Below are positions 28,383 to 44,227 of a DNA stretch of 64,000 bases, piece by piece (within the stretch, counting starts at the first letter, position 1; each line of letters begins with the position of its first letter). The position numbers were made by a program, and so were the translations under genes. Source of the DNA: Octopus vulgaris (Eukaryota); contig OX597828.1 in assembly GCA_951406725.2 (NCBI GenBank), positions 24,180,001 through 24,244,000 of the forward strand, in the 5' to 3' direction. Under the pieces are notes generated by a model. The model ran no database searches. It worked only from the letters and a program-made list of their open reading frames with translations, and was not told where the DNA came from.

Positions 28383-28804
28383 AAAGCTGTATGTAAATAT
28401 CTCTGGCCAAATTCAAATAAGAGATCAGAGAGTAACTAACGAGTATACATGTGTGTGTATGCATAGCTATGTTTGAACATGTATATGAATATATGTATGA
28501 ATATGTGTGTATATGGAGAGAAAGAGAGAGAGAGAAAGGGGGAGAGCGACAGACAAAGATAGAGAGGGAGAGAGGTCAGCACTATTTGTTACAGTATGTA
28601 CCATACAAACATTATTGTTGACTGATATTGCAAATATTGTCATAGATTATCAAGTTTAAGCCTTCAGCGTAAAACCATTTAAAACCATGTTTAAGCATAG
28701 AAATCCAGTCACGAAATGCTAATAAGGAAATCAATAACAACAATACAACGACAGCAGTCACAGCAACAGGAACAATAACAATAACGGGGATTTCTTTTTT
28801 TTTA

Positions 28805-29860
<1,056 letters not shown>

Positions 29861-30575
29861 ATAATAATAATGCTGCTGCTGCTACTGCTGCAGCTGCTAC
29901 TGCTGCTGCTGCTACTGCTGCTGCTGCTGATGATGATAAATTCGAGATCGAGGGTGTGAGTGTAAAAAAGTATTACAGTATTATACTGGATTTCCCCATG
30001 AAGATTGACAATAATGTCGGTGCTAGAGCTTCAATACAACACCCCTGATAACTAATGTAGTTTATAATAGTCTTATTAAAATGGAGAAAAATTGAGGAGT
30101 TTCCGAACAAAGCCAGAGAAATGAAAAAAATATTTGAAAGATATTGAACGTGATACACGCGCTGTCGACCCTGATGGCATTTGAACTCTGAAAGCAAAGT
30201 CAGAGGAAATGTCGCTAGGCATGTTTTCCCGGTCCATTAAGAATTCTGCCAGCTCGCACTTTTGAAAGCGCATATGATCTAATAAATTAACATAACATCA
30301 CAAATGTCAAAGAATGGTAAGTCTGAAGTACTACATATCACAATTTCATACATTTTCAGAATGATGTGATGAACATGATGCGATATTGTAAACTCGCTTA
30401 AAAATTATTTGAAACAAGATAATAAATAATTGTTTCTCCTTGAGGCATAATAAAAGACAGTATAGATAAGCTACATGAAATATTCACAAAGATGCCTAAT
30501 GAATTGAAAAAAAATAGAAAATATTATACCAGCACAATAACAGCTGAACGAACACCCAGTATTACTTTTCCCCGT

Positions 30576-30942
30576 GGAGGCGCAATGGCCCAGTGGTTAG
30601 GGCAGCGGACTCGCGGTTTCGATTCCCAGACCGGGCGTTGTGAGTATTTATTGAGCGAAAAACACCTAAAGCTCCACGAGGCTCCGGAAGGGATGGTGGT
30701 GATCCCTGCTGTACTCTTTCACCACAACTTTCTCTCACTCTTACTTCCTGTTTCTGTTGTACCTGTATTTCAAAGGGCCGGCCTTGTCACTCTCTGTGTC
30801 ACGCTGAATATCCCCGAGAACTACGTTAAGGATGCACGTGTCTGTGGAGTGCTCAGCCACTTACACGTTAATTTCACGAGCTGGTTGTTCTGTTGATCGG
30901 ATCAACCGGAACCCTCGTCGTCGTAACCGACGGAGTGCTTCC
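30576..30942 (+). mobile_element. tRNA-derived SINE (family D)
   Basis: TGGCCCAGTGGTTAGGGCAGCGG...GTTTCGATTCC; tail CGTCGTCGTAACCGACGGAGTGC also occurs at about 22412-22437. Confidence 0.85.
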
Positions 30943-32503
30943 ACATTACTTTTCCTGTCAAAATCTGTTTCCATGTATATCGGACAATTGACTTTCAAAA
31001 CTAATACTATATGAGATCGCTGCTTTTTACAAGAATAGTGTGACTGTTGTGTTTATACCTTCAGTAATTCTGAACACGATAGAGTAATAGGAAGTACTGT
31101 TTGGAGTTCTCGGCTTTAATCTCTTGTTCGACGAAGGCTGTGAGACACTAGTGTCACTCTATTATATCTGCCTCAGTACTTGATCGGTATTTTAAGTTCT
31201 GAAGCTCAGAAATATAGAAGGCAAATTTTATCGTTTTAAGATTTAAAATCATATTTTAAAGAGTCGTATAAATTATTCCAAGGCACGGTGACATCACTCT
31301 AATAATTCTAAAAGTTCCTCAGTTTAAGATACGAATACCGATCAGTCATTTTATTTTATTTACTTTTTCCGAGATCACTTTTGACTTTCATCTTTCCAAA
31401 ATAATTTTAAAATTATAAACTGTATAAGATTTATGATCTTTCTTAGAGCCCCAGATTAGATATTTCTCAACATGTATTCCACACTTCATTTTTTAGTTCA
31501 GACAGCAACGACACAGGCAACACTAGGGCAGAGTTTCGTTGGTCCTTGTCTCTATATGGTAGAACATCAATAGAGTAGCGAAGAGAGACTGGTTTTCATG
31601 AAAATAAAACTTTGCGCAAACCTCCGACAAATAAGGATACACTCCACGTACGGTTCACAATCTCACAAAGCACGCCGGGGCTCCAGTGATCTATTTCTTT
31701 AAAAAAAAAATATTTAATCATGGTACTTACCAACTGTTCCGGTTAAACGATTAGGACGTAATCCTTTTGCTTGTTCCACAGTAGCATTGATTCTATTCTC
31801 CCAAGGCTGGAAAAGAATTGTGGTTTGTATGCATCCAAGATCCTGCGAACGATAGACAATAGAAAATGGAACTAAGATTATAATATTTCGAGCTATTAAT
31901 CTTATCTTTAGGTTGTGTACTACTACAAAACATTTTCATCGGTTTCATCTCCAATCGTCATCAACTGATTTATGCATAGATATGCGTACGTGGTGTTAGA
32001 CTAGTTTCGAACTAGAAACATTTTGTGATGGACAAAAGGTTTCAATGTCCATATACACTAACTAGTTTTAATGTTCCAGAAGTTATATTATGAGTGCACA
32101 CCTTGTTCATTTGTATAGAGAAGATCCTTACAATTTTGAAACAATTTCAGGGTCGTATGCATATCCAAAAGTGAAACACGTGATGTTGATCAGGAATGAA
32201 ACTAATCGAAATGCAGTGCAGAAATCAATATTGAAATTATACACCCTAAAGACAAGGAAAATAGTTCGGAAAATAGGAATCTTATTAACAATGACTATTC
32301 TCAGACTCTTAGACATTAAATCGATGCTGAATAATGGCCAGTTGCAATTTTGTTTCAAAGTAAAAAGTTTTGGACATCTTTAACAATTTTGACAACAATA
32401 AACACAAAAAACATTGATGATTGAACCACCTGTGATCTTAATCATAGTTGTAAGTAAAAATATGGTGTTTGAGTATATATACATACAACATACATATACA
32501 TAT

Positions 32504-32540
<37 letters not shown>

Positions 32541-32579
32541 CAAACATACATACATACATATATGTATATATGTATGTAT

Positions 32580-32617
<38 letters not shown>

Positions 32618-34911
32618 CTACACATATATATACACACACATATATACCTACATACATATATGTGTATGTGTGTGCGCGTGTTTATGTATGTGTGTGTGTG
32701 TGTGCGTGTGTGTAACTGGGTTGAAATCAACGAAATAAATATTGACAGGAAATATATTTAATTCGCTGCTCTGTAAGCTGCATATATCCATTGCATTCAC
32801 CCTGTACAAAATTCTCTGCGTATGTGAGTCTATGACTGGCATGTATACTTTTATACATAGGTGCGTATATATAAGGTTTTAATATGGCGGGAATAATCCA
32901 AACTTTCTTCCGAGTTCCAGGTGAACTTAATACAATAATGTGAACGTATACATAAAGCAAAGCAAAGGTAAATACCAGCTGTATAAGAAGCCAAATTGTA
33001 GGTGGTTATACTCACATAAAATTTGATTTATATTCCAAAATTCATTTAGAATATATGAAGACCGTAGCATTAATTAAACTGTCAAGAGAAATGGCCATCC
33101 GTTACCCTGTTTCTGAGATTCTTAATATCGTATATTAATTTTATAACCTACTAGCAGGTTTTGATTTCATAAAATTTTACCTGCTAAGAATTTACATATA
33201 ATTCTAGAGAACCACAACTCTCCACATAATTTTCTGTTGTTATGTGCTATTTTGTGATGTATTCAAGTGTGTAAGGGTGGAGTCTTGACCATTTTCAAGG
33301 ATAACTTAGATTCAGGTAACTGTGTAAAATCCATAGACGATTTACGTCTAACTGGAACTGGAGCATTCACTTCAAAGGAGTAACGTAGATACGTCTAAAA
33401 CAGATTATTTCAAGACTTTGGACACTTCAGTCATGGCAACAGCCGTTTATTCAAAGAACTGCGCAAGAGAATTGATTCGGGTATTTTCATACATATGAAT
33501 TGAACTTATTAATCACACAGCTCTGTTCGCATCCATAGAAGACCAACTGTTGTGATCATTTCACAGTATTATTGCATGTTATAGAAACATGTTGTCATAT
33601 ATACAACACCAGTTAACTACTAGCTTCACGTTCACGTCGTACTATATGAAGTTAGACGGACAGGGACTTTTAAAGATAAATACTTTGCCAACTACACGAT
33701 ACAAAAGTAAAGAGAATTTAACCAAATCAGATGGATTTACGTCATATTGATTTGATCATATGAATATTATTATCTTTATAACTAGTCAAGACTAAAATGT
33801 AACAAGACCCCTGCAGATAATGAAGGGAATTGATATTGTATATTGTACCAATTTACAATTAGCATGAGTGAGCCAGCGAATGTTTAAGCATATTTTTTAA
33901 AGCGAGATCTAAACGCCATTGAAAGGATATGAATTAAGATTTATCTTCGAAATGCATTGGTGGCGACAGTTGACGTCTTTCATTCGCAAAGTTGTCTTCA
34001 TATTCTGGCAGAAAAAAACTCTGTTGTTAACCCACGAGCCCCAACTGGAACTATGGAGGCTTCGTAAGGAATCAGCAGAGTTTATTTACCAGGAATACAA
34101 CTTAAATGAATCCCAAGATCCAGTCTTCAGGAAAATGATATATCTAATAATAAATAATTTTTGTTTTGTTAAACTTTCAACCGAATTGACTTGCTGCTTC
34201 TGAAAATATACCTGTGAAGAAGGAAAAAACTTGGTAATTAATAGTGAGATGTCAGGGACGCATAGAAGATTTTAGTTCTGTAGATATTGGGCACAGGTAT
34301 AGCCGTATGGTTTGGGAATTAAATTTACAAAAAGAATTATATACGCGTTCGATTCTGCAATGCAGAATGTGTTTGCGTGTATATATATGTGTATATTTCT
34401 GTCAATGCAAATAGGTAAATCGAGTAAATAACGATGAGGAATAACACCAAGTGTTGTACAGAAAATATGTATGTTTGCAGTTACACACATTACTACATAG
34501 TCACCATCATCGTTATAAATACAATAGACAAGGTGTTTCCTCATAGAAAAGAAGTAGTCAAAGACGATGTAATTTACAAATTTTGATATCTATAACATCC
34601 ATAGCTACCTTAGTAAGAATAAGTCTAAATCAATATATAATTGATATATATCGCAGCGAATGACGTGCAGCATGTCAGATTAGTAAATCGAATTACAACA
34701 TACACTTTTCGAAGTACTGTAGAACCAATGCATGAGTGCATTGCGTCCTATAGCAGAAACAGCTGTTAGCTAATGAAGTTCGTGACATAATTTCTTATTC
34801 CCTTCCTATTTAAATTTCTTATTGCTCAGTCCTCGACTTAATTGTGAAGCATAGGTACGTGGAGTTCTAACACCCCAAGTTATTGGTATCGCTATGCCTT
34901 AGTGAAATAGT

Positions 34912-34950
<39 letters not shown>

Positions 34951-35044
34951 GTGCGCGCGTGTGTGTTTGTGTGTGTTGATATGTATGAATGAAGGTATAC
35001 ATTTATATTAATAGAGAAAGTGAGGCAGATATACTTAGAGAAAT

Positions 35045-35091
<47 letters not shown>

Positions 35092-35129
35092 TACATATAT
35101 GCTTGCATATATAAATACATATATTAAAA

Positions 35130-36025
35130 TAGGAGGTGGTATCGAAAGTTTCCCAGAAAAGTTATGTTTGATAAAAAGTAACTTATAAGTTTTAACATCA
35201 TCTCCTTCGCAATCGTCACCTTACGCAGCATTTCATCGTCCCAGCGAAACTTCTATTTTCGGAATACGGTCTGCAAGTCGTTTTCCGTAAGCGAGCCTAG
35301 AACCTTCAGCGATTCGCTCTGCTTTTGACAACGGTCTTAAAACTGCGACCGTGGAACCGCATTTTTGTCTGGGAGAAGAGACGGAAGTCCGCCGCAGATG
35401 CTAAATCTGGGGAACAGGGCGGGTGTGGAAAAGATAGCATGTGTTTTGGGGAGAGACTCAAGATGCTCGGTGACAGAGTGCATTGTGGTCGAGAAGAATC
35501 CAATACTTCGAGCTCCACAGATCCGGTCGTTTTCGCCAAATGTTCCCCAAACGCTTCAAAGTGTCAGTAGAACTTTCGATTGATGGTCTGGCTCTGGAGG
35601 ATGAATTCTCGATGCAAAATACCACCTTCCCGGGGGCGACACTCATGACAGGTATTCCATATGGCTCATCGTCTCCCAGCGACGCTTTTCCGCCATTGAA
35701 GTACCCGTGCCACTCGAAACATTGCGTACGACCCATTGCCTCGTCGCTGGAAGCTTGCCGAAGCACGCTCAATGCATCTGTGGCAGAATTTCCAAATCTA
35801 ACGCAAAATTTCACTCTGGTACTTTGTTCCTGTCCATCGCAGGCTACATCACACACGTGATTACAAAACTACAAACATTACCACCTGCAAAGTAAACGCA
35901 GTGATGTTATTCGGCACACTGCGTCATGAAGGCCACTGCCAGCTCTCACTGCGCACGCAACCGTATGCTGCCATCTGATGGCGCGTTATAGAACGAGTCC
36001 GGGAACTTTCTGATACCACCTCTTA
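35130..36025 (-). mobile_element. Internally deleted mariner with both TIRs (about 0.9 kb)
   Basis: TIRs TAGGAGGTGGTATCGAAAGTTTCCC / GGGAACTTTCTGATACCACCTCTTA; minus-strand QEQSTRVKFCVRFGNSAT..FEWH..F, RKRPDLW..WILLDHNA.CH and HPPCSPDLA..DFRLF. Confidence 0.92.
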
Positions 36026-36698
36026 CATGCAGGAGTGCAAGAATGCGTAAATCATTAAAGCAATAATCGATACCGTAGATTATATATATATGCCCCTAAG
36101 CGGAAACTATCCTCTAAATTCTTAAGTGGATATTTAAGTCTCTTTTTCCTTTTGTTTTCTCTACCTTTTTTTCATTGATTTATTTTATTTTATTTTATTC
36201 TTTGTCACAGTGGCAATTTCTGTGAACTCTATTCGTCTTTAGAATTATCAAGCTGATAAACGCTATTTAGATATCTGAAAGCAGCAACTGTGACAGTAAT
36301 AAGAGAAGAATAGCCAATATTCCACAATATTTCACAAGTTTCTGTGGCAGACGCCACGCTGCAGGAAATAATATTAAACGAATTGTATTATGAAACACAA
36401 AGTGTGACATTGTGAATTGGATGGTAATCTTTAATGCAATCGTCCATACATGAAATCAATTTTCTGTGATGTGACAAGGATAGAAAAAAATTAATAGAAT
36501 ATAAAAAAAAAATTATATATTCAAATATAAAAATAGAAAATAGAAAATTATATATATATATATATCTGTGAATATTAAAAAATACTGAATAATTTCTAAA
36601 CGATATATAATGGTATAAACGCCTACAGATACATACACGCATGAAATACACACGCACATACATATATAAGTATATACATGTGTGTGTATGTATATATA

Positions 36699-36735
<37 letters not shown>

Positions 36736-37475
36736 TTGTATATATATATATATATGTGTATGTATGTATGCATGTATGTATATGTATATATTCATACATA
36801 TTCTCAGATGCATTATGTAGAAACATACAACATACATATATGAATACATTCATACATGCACACATACATAACATAAACGCATACATAAATGCATACATAC
36901 ATAGATGTATAGATACGTACAAACATACATACATACATTCACACATACATAGATTCATACAAAAATACATGCATACACAAATACATATATATACATACAA
37001 ACATATATACATACACAAATACATACACAAATGCATAAATACATACATACATACATACATACATACATACATACATACATACATACATACATACATACAT
37101 GTATGCATATATAGATATTGACAGACAGACAGGTAGACAGACAGGCAGGCAGACACAGAGACAGAAATATTAAAGCCGTGTGAGAAAAGCTATCAGCTGC
37201 ATTAAAAAAATCTTAATAACAATTTCTGAAAAATAAAAAAAAAATATCTACGACACGTTATCAAACTCTGTTCTGGTATTTCTTTCTGTCTATAGAAATA
37301 GGAAGCCAGAACTGTCTTAATCGATGAAGCACATGACACCTATTCAGAAACTCTTGTTTCTTATTCTCATTGTTGCTGTTGTTGTTGTTATTGTTGTTGT
37401 TGCTGCTGTAGCTGTTACTGTTTTTTTTTTATCTTTGTTTTGCGTTCCTCAACATTTTCCCTTTTTTTTCCAGAC

Positions 37476-38170
37476 CCGGATGCAAATCAATTTTTTTCTC
37501 ATGAGAGCTTCGTAACCCAGCAATGAACCCCTTTGCATTCAGCCAATCGGAGCTCACCTTGAAAATCCACATACTATGTACTACTACAGTACAATCAGTC
37601 AGGCATAGAATGGTGTATGCCACTCTGTGAGTACAACCTCGTAGGTCTCACATAAGCACCACAACCCAACCACCACCATCTTCATAGATGAATTGAGCAC
37701 CATCTCTATATGGAGCTAACATTAGGTACCGATGCTCAAATTAGAATAGTGATATTGCATGTACTCATTGATATATGCAAGGAGGGCGCAATACGACACA
37801 ACACCATATTGATTACGATGTTTCCAGATCATCAGCATTTTAAATTAGAAATGTAGAAAATCAATCCAAAAATTAAGAAACCACACTCGATTACATTTTC
37901 TAGTAAATTACGCAAATTTGCAACAATTATGGCATCATCGGTGAGCAGCTCTCCATTCATTTTATACACTAAATTTCACATTTTTCACTCCAATTTACCC
38001 GTTTAGAACGGTTAGATTTTGCTATAGCGCACATTTTCCACTAGACTCAACCAGAGTATTTTCGTGACTAGATGGACAGTAATTTGATAGTTGAGCTCTG
38101 ATTGGCTGTATGCAAATGAGTTCATAACTGAGGTCCAGAACTCTCGTGGGGAAAAAAATTCGTGATCCAG
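37476..38170. mobile_element. MITE-like non-autonomous element with diverged terminal inverted repeats of about 85 bp
   Basis: TTTGCATTCAGCCAATCGGAGCTCA (about 37532-37556) versus TGAGCTCTGATTGGCTGTATGCAAA (about 38092-38116); similarity extends outward to both ends. Confidence 0.7.
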
Positions 38171-39028
38171 ACCGGCGCTGATTTTTTTCTATTTATCCCA
38201 AAATGTTTTTGTCAAGGAAAAATGATTGCACTATTTACTGTATCCTTTTTCTTAAAATGCTAGGGTTCGATTGAAGGCATATTTCGCCAACTATAACATA
38301 TCTTTCTGGTCTTTTTTCCTTAAAATATTACATTTTGAGTTGGAGAGCCTTTCTTTCTCACATTTCTACCGAAACTCTGTCTGTCTCTGTATTTTTTATA
38401 CTAAGTAACCAGACACAGTTACCGTTTGACTAAGTCCACCTGCTTGTAAATAATTGCAAACAGGGTTAGATTTCATCACTATATAAGTAATACACAGGGG
38501 TGGGGATTACACGTACACTTGAACTCAATCGTCTTCAAATCACAAATCACGCACCACAGAAAATTACTAAATGGAAAAAAACTTTCACTGAAATATAAAT
38601 GTTAACAATTAACGGGTTATTTTTGGTTATAGCATTGTACATGTGAAAGTTCAGGAATGATCTGAGACTAAATTACTGTAGCATAACTAACAAGGGCTAT
38701 GCGCAAGCTAATGAGACAGAGTTTATAATGTTGAAAGAATATTGAACTTGTAGTGGGGTCGATGATATCTACTCAAAGCTGTTCCTCAAATTTACTGGCT
38801 TTATGCCTAAATCAGAAACCATTGTTAAAAATTAAACAAAACACGAATATAACCAGTTTTGCTGACACTTAAATCAATGCAATTATTCTTTTATGCAACA
38901 ATAATTTCTGTAGAGAGCCGGTCCCATATTAAGCAGAACAGGGAGAGCTTTAAAATATGTATGAACAGGGAGAGCTTTAAAATATGAACAAATGTGAATA
39001 TATACATTTATATATATATATATATATA

Positions 39029-39140
39029 CAGAGAGAGAGAGAGAGAGAGACAGAGAGAGACAGAGAGAGAGAGAGAGAGACAGAGAGAGAGAGACAGAGA
39101 GAGAGAATATATACATTTATATATATATATATATACAGAG

Positions 39141-39171
<31 letters not shown>

Positions 39172-39193
39172 CAGAGAGAGAGAGACAGAGACA

Positions 39194-39233
<40 letters not shown>
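39029..39233. repeat. (GA)n/(GACA) microsatellite
   Basis: Directly visible. Confidence 0.95.
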
Positions 39234-39238
<5 letters not shown>

Positions 39239-39399
39239 TATGAGCGGTAATGGTGTCGGTAAGACCCAAAGGTGTCAGGTAATAAGTGCTGAATAAGTGC
39301 TATGGATAGACCATAGTTAAGCTCCAAGTTCGGTGATTATGCGAATGCAGAGTCCAACGTAGGTCATATATCAGCGTGTGTGTATATATAAACATTTTT

Positions 39400-39516
39400 T
39401 TTTTCAGAATGAGATAAAAAACAAAGGATGTGACGATTCTAGAATATTTATAAAACATTTATAAATGTTCTAAAATCTCCACAGCCATTGGTTTTTTTTT
39501 ATCTCATTCTGAAAAA
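39400..39516. repeat. Imperfect palindrome (about 55-bp arms) of PLE-type terminal sequence
   Basis: TTTTTCAGAATGAGATAAAAAA...TTTTTTATCTCATTCTGAAAAA; arm resembles 22630-22690. Confidence 0.8.
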
Positions 39517-39683
39517 CAGTTTTAATATATATATATATATAGAAAAAATACCGTGAACATTTAAACACATAAGAGATGACCATAATATTATATATATATA
39601 TATATTATATACATATTATATTATATTATATTATATTATTTTATATACATATTATATATATTATATCATATTATATTATATAC

Positions 39684-39718
<35 letters not shown>

Positions 39719-40443
39719 GATTGATAGATAGATAGATAGATATATGATAGATAAATAGGTAAATCTATATGCATATAACATATACCCAAATATATTCACA
39801 TGTTTATATTACAATATACTCTCTATATAATGACGTTTCTTAATTGCATGGTGATACGTGTATGATGTTTTCCCCCCATTGAAACAGCTGTGGCAAACAA
39901 TATAACTTATGAATTCTATTTGAAATTAGCTTGCTTCTCTCTTCATTATTCTAGATATTGAAATGCTACAATTAGCGGGAAAGTTTCTTTTGCATATGTT
40001 TATGAAACGTTTTCTAACATCCAATTATATGTGATTCAATGGCGACAGCTGGAACATCTCCAAACACGACCGAATATATAGCAACACTAGGCAACCACAA
40101 GAATGTGAATAGAACTGTTTCTTTAATACAAAATACATTTGGAAGGGTTTGTAATACAACTGGTGTACTTCAAATATATTGTATCAAAATGGGGTTAGGG
40201 TTTATAAGTCTAACAAAGAAAAACGCCAACGCTTTTGTATACAAGAATCTAAATCCATGAATAAAAGTAAAATCTCCTCGTTAGAATAAATGCGCAAAAT
40301 CGTAAAGTTATTTAATAATATTCTGTATTAAGTATTGAGCAATTTCTCGCTTTGCCTCAAAGTGAAGAATGCATACATATGTATATGTGTATATATGCGT
40401 GTGTGCGTGAACCTGTGTATGCATATGTGTAGTTATATAATTT

Positions 40444-40489
<46 letters not shown>

Positions 40490-40656
40490 CATATATACAT
40501 ATATATATACATATTTGTAGTATATGTATATATATGTGCATGTATATATATATATGTATGCATTCGCGTGTGTGTTTGTACAGGCACACACACACAAATG
40601 GTGATAGCTACATAGACAGTCAGACAAACATACAGATATACGGATCATATACAGAC

Positions 40657-40742
<86 letters not shown>

Positions 40743-40757
40743 ATAGATAGATAGATT

Positions 40758-41032
40758 TGTCGTGTCAGAACAAACTATACTGCGGTAGTTACCATGAGAG
40801 GAATTCATATTGGCTTTTAGAGCAAAATGCACTCTTAGCAGGAAGATAAATCCGCGCCAGCTCCAGCGCTGAGAACACCAAATCACGTGCTTTCGACCTT
40901 ACTTGGTTTTGTTATTGATGGAGGCGGCGGATTTTGCGCTAATTTATCTGCCCGCTAAGAGTGAGTTTTGCAGCGACAGCCAGTATGAGAGTTCCTTTCG
41001 TAACTGCCGCATCTCATTTACTCTAACAGAAC
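40758..41032. mobile_element. Small hairpin/MITE-like element with diverged inverted arms
   Basis: 40781-40857 (TGCGGTAGTTAC...CACTCTTAGCAGGAAGATAAAT) pairs with 40936-41011 (ATTTATCTGCCCGCTAAGAGTG...GTAACTGCCGCA). Confidence 0.75.
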
Positions 41033-42047
41033 ATCCATGATTAAGTGGGAATAAATATTGCCTCTAGCTATTAATACTGCCTCTGCCGCTAGTATATATT
41101 ATTTGTTTCTTTATACATGCTCGCTAATTTGAGTTCGGCAACCCGAAATTACTATGTTCGTCCATTTAGAATTAAATCAAATAAGACTCTAATTAAATTA
41201 AATGTACTCATAACGAAATAATGCAACACAACGGACATACTCTTTTAACGGACCGAAATATACAATTCCATAAGACAGGAAGCATTGTTTTTAGTTTAAC
41301 GACATTTATTTTGGACGCGAATTATTAAATCGATTTTGTATGAACCGTCAACTCTGGTATAAGATAATTTCCTATAAAAAGAACTAATACGCCTTAGCTA
41401 ATGAACTGTCGAATTTGTTTATATAAACAATAACATCATTCGATTAGTTGAACATGATAAATAAATTCGATCGATTTTTCATATCCCCTTAACGTAGCAT
41501 CCTGACTGTATCTCCTTCGTTCTTTGACTCGTACAAATCTTATAGTTATTCCTTCGTATTTCTCTACCTCTATTCCCGTTTCTAATTATATTCCCATTCA
41601 TCATCCTCTATTCTTTTTCTTCTTCTCCCACAACAACGTTTATTCATACTTCTACATGTGTTTGTTTTAATGTTAGATGGGTTTGGCTTCTTCTTTTTTT
41701 TCTTTTTACGCTTTTATATTCAGTATAAATACTTCTCTGAGAGCAAATAAATATCTGAAAGGCAGTCATATAGCGTAACGATCTCTCAGACCGTAAAATA
41801 TTGTTCTGAATAAATGTGATATACTCTCCATTCTAAATGATTAATTCCTTAAACGGACAATTATATTAGTTGTTATAATATATACCACACACACGACCGC
41901 ATAAATATACTCACTCACACACAAGCATACAGGCACACAAAGTCACATAAACATATATATATATAAACACATGTATGCTTGTATGGATATATATATATAG
42001 AGAGAGAGAGACATACACACGCATATGCATACTCAAGCACACACACA

Positions 42048-42090
<43 letters not shown>

Positions 42091-42199
42091 GTACAATTAT
42101 ATGTATGTATGTGTCTATGTTTGTACGTATGTATATATATATGTACATGAACACATCTGTAAATCTATATCAATGTATTCGATTATGTATATATAAAAA

Positions 42200-42740
42200 T
42201 ACGAGATGGTATCAAAAGGTTACTGCATTAGTATTGTTTAATTAAAAATAACTTATTTACCTAACTTTTAGCATTACCGTCTTCGAAATAGTTACCTTAT
42301 GCAGCTTCCGACGTTCTTTCGACTTTCGGAATACGGCTTGGAAGTTATTTTTCGTAAGCGAGTTGAGAACCATCTGCGATTTGCTCTGAATCTTAAAACG
42401 GTGACCTTTCAGCTGCATTGCCATCTTGAAGGAAGATGCAAGTCCGCAGGTGCTAAATCCGGTGAAGAGAGCGGGTGCGGAAGCGCTGCCATGTTGCTAT
42501 TTGCGAGACACTCACGAGTGAAGAAAGCTCGGTGACAGGACGCATTGTGGTCCTGAAGAATCCAGTTCTTCGCGCTTCACAGATTTGTGTGCTGTGGCCA
42601 AATGGTCTCCTTGGAACACTTCAAAACATCGCAGTAGAACTTTCAATCGGTGTTCTAGCCCTGAAACAAGAATTCTCGACGTACAATACCACATTTCCGG
42701 GGGTGACGCTCATAGCATGTCCTCCAGATCGCTCATCGAC
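42200..42740 (-). mobile_element. Mariner remnant, same family as 35130-36025, truncated where a minisatellite begins
   Basis: TIR TACGAGATGGTATCAAAAGGTT; colinear similarity to 35130-35680 (GTCCGCAGGTGCTAAATC, AAGAATCCAGTTCTTCG, GTAGAACTTTCAAT). Confidence 0.88.
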
Positions 42741-43148
42741 CTACAGATCGCTCATCGTCCTCCAGATCGCTCATCCACTTCCAGATCCTTCATGTCTTCC
42801 AGATCGCTCATCGTCTTCCAGATACCTCAGGTCTTCCAGATACCTCACGTCTTGCAGATCACTCATCATCTTCGAGATCCCTCACGTCCTTCAGATCGCT
42901 CATTGCCTTCCAGACCCCTCACGTCTTCCACATCCCTCATGTCTTCCAGATCTCTCACTTCTTCCAGATCCCTCAGGTCTTCCAGATCCCTCACATCTTC
43001 CACATCCCTCATCGTCTGCCAGATCCCTCACGTCTTCCAGATACTTCACGTCTTCCAGATCCCTCACGTCTTTCAGATCCCTCACGTCTTCCGGATCACT
43101 CATCGTCTACAAGATCCCTCACGTCTTCAAGATCCCTTACATCTTCAT
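42720..43148. repeat. 18-19 bp minisatellite (TCCAGATCGCTCATCGTCT / TCCAGATCCCTCACGTCT), about 23 units
   Basis: Directly visible tandem array. Confidence 0.93.
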
Positions 43149-43352
43149 ATATAATACATATATATACATACATATATATATATATTCCTTTCTATTTCTC
43201 TCTTTTCTCTCATACACATATACATAAAATATAATTAATACTTAGGTACTTAAATTGAGGCACCATGTCAGTTCGGTATATCTGCATAACTCCAAGTTGT
43301 GTGAAGAGAATGCAAATACGTAACATCTGTACAGCCTTGTTACTTATTTACA

Positions 43353-43415
<63 letters not shown>

Positions 43416-43826
43416 GAGAGTGAGATTACATTTTAACGCACCTTAGTACAGTCACACACACACACAAAACACAGGCACATACGCATAAACACAGACACAG
43501 ATTGAGGAAGAGTATTCGCTAGTTTTTTAAAGTATGTATATATTAGGTTTTAAAGACATAAAAGCAAACAACAGATTATTTTGGTCACAGCTGTTTCCTG
43601 TCCTAGGGGTTTCACAGATATTTTGAAGCACAACGCAGTTTATTTAGAATAACATTAAAGAAAATCCTCTGAAGAAGATTAAAACACAGAATATACTAAA
43701 ATGGTGAGAAAGCACACAATAAAAGGGTTGCAGAAGGAGAAAGAGAAAAAATAATTATTGTAGAGATAAATATCACTAAAGTTACATGAGAAAAAGTTGA
43801 AATGGAGAAAATAAAGAAACAATGAA

Positions 43827-43847
43827 ATAGATAGATAGATAGATAGT

Positions 43848-43928
<81 letters not shown>

Positions 43929-44141
43929 GGATAGATAGATAGATAGATGGATAGATAGATAGATGGATAGATAGATGGATAGACAGACAGAGAGACTGAG
44001 AGACAGAGAGACAGGTAGGTAGGTAGGTAGGTAGGTAGGTAGGTAGGTAGGTAGGTAAGTAGGTAGGTAGGTAGGTAGCTAGCTAGATTGATAGATACAT
44101 AGATAGACAAGTAGGTAGATAGATAGATAAATAGGTAGGTG

Positions 44142-44227
<86 letters not shown>

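Noticed and set aside
32090-32383. 97-aa ORF in unique AT-rich DNA (also 33919-34203)
   Set aside because: No homology recognised; length is compatible with chance.
38936-38990. 27-bp tandem duplication GAACAGGGAGAGCTTTAAAATATG
   Set aside because: Real but a trivial local slippage event with no further structure.
42720-43148. CRISPR-like array
   Set aside because: Units are contiguous with no unique spacers, there are no cas genes, and the context is eukaryotic; it is a minisatellite.
43580-43680. HHR-like GAAACAGCTGT half-sites (also about 5535 and 39881)
   Set aside because: The matching CTGANGA half is absent or in the wrong orientation; too decayed to call.
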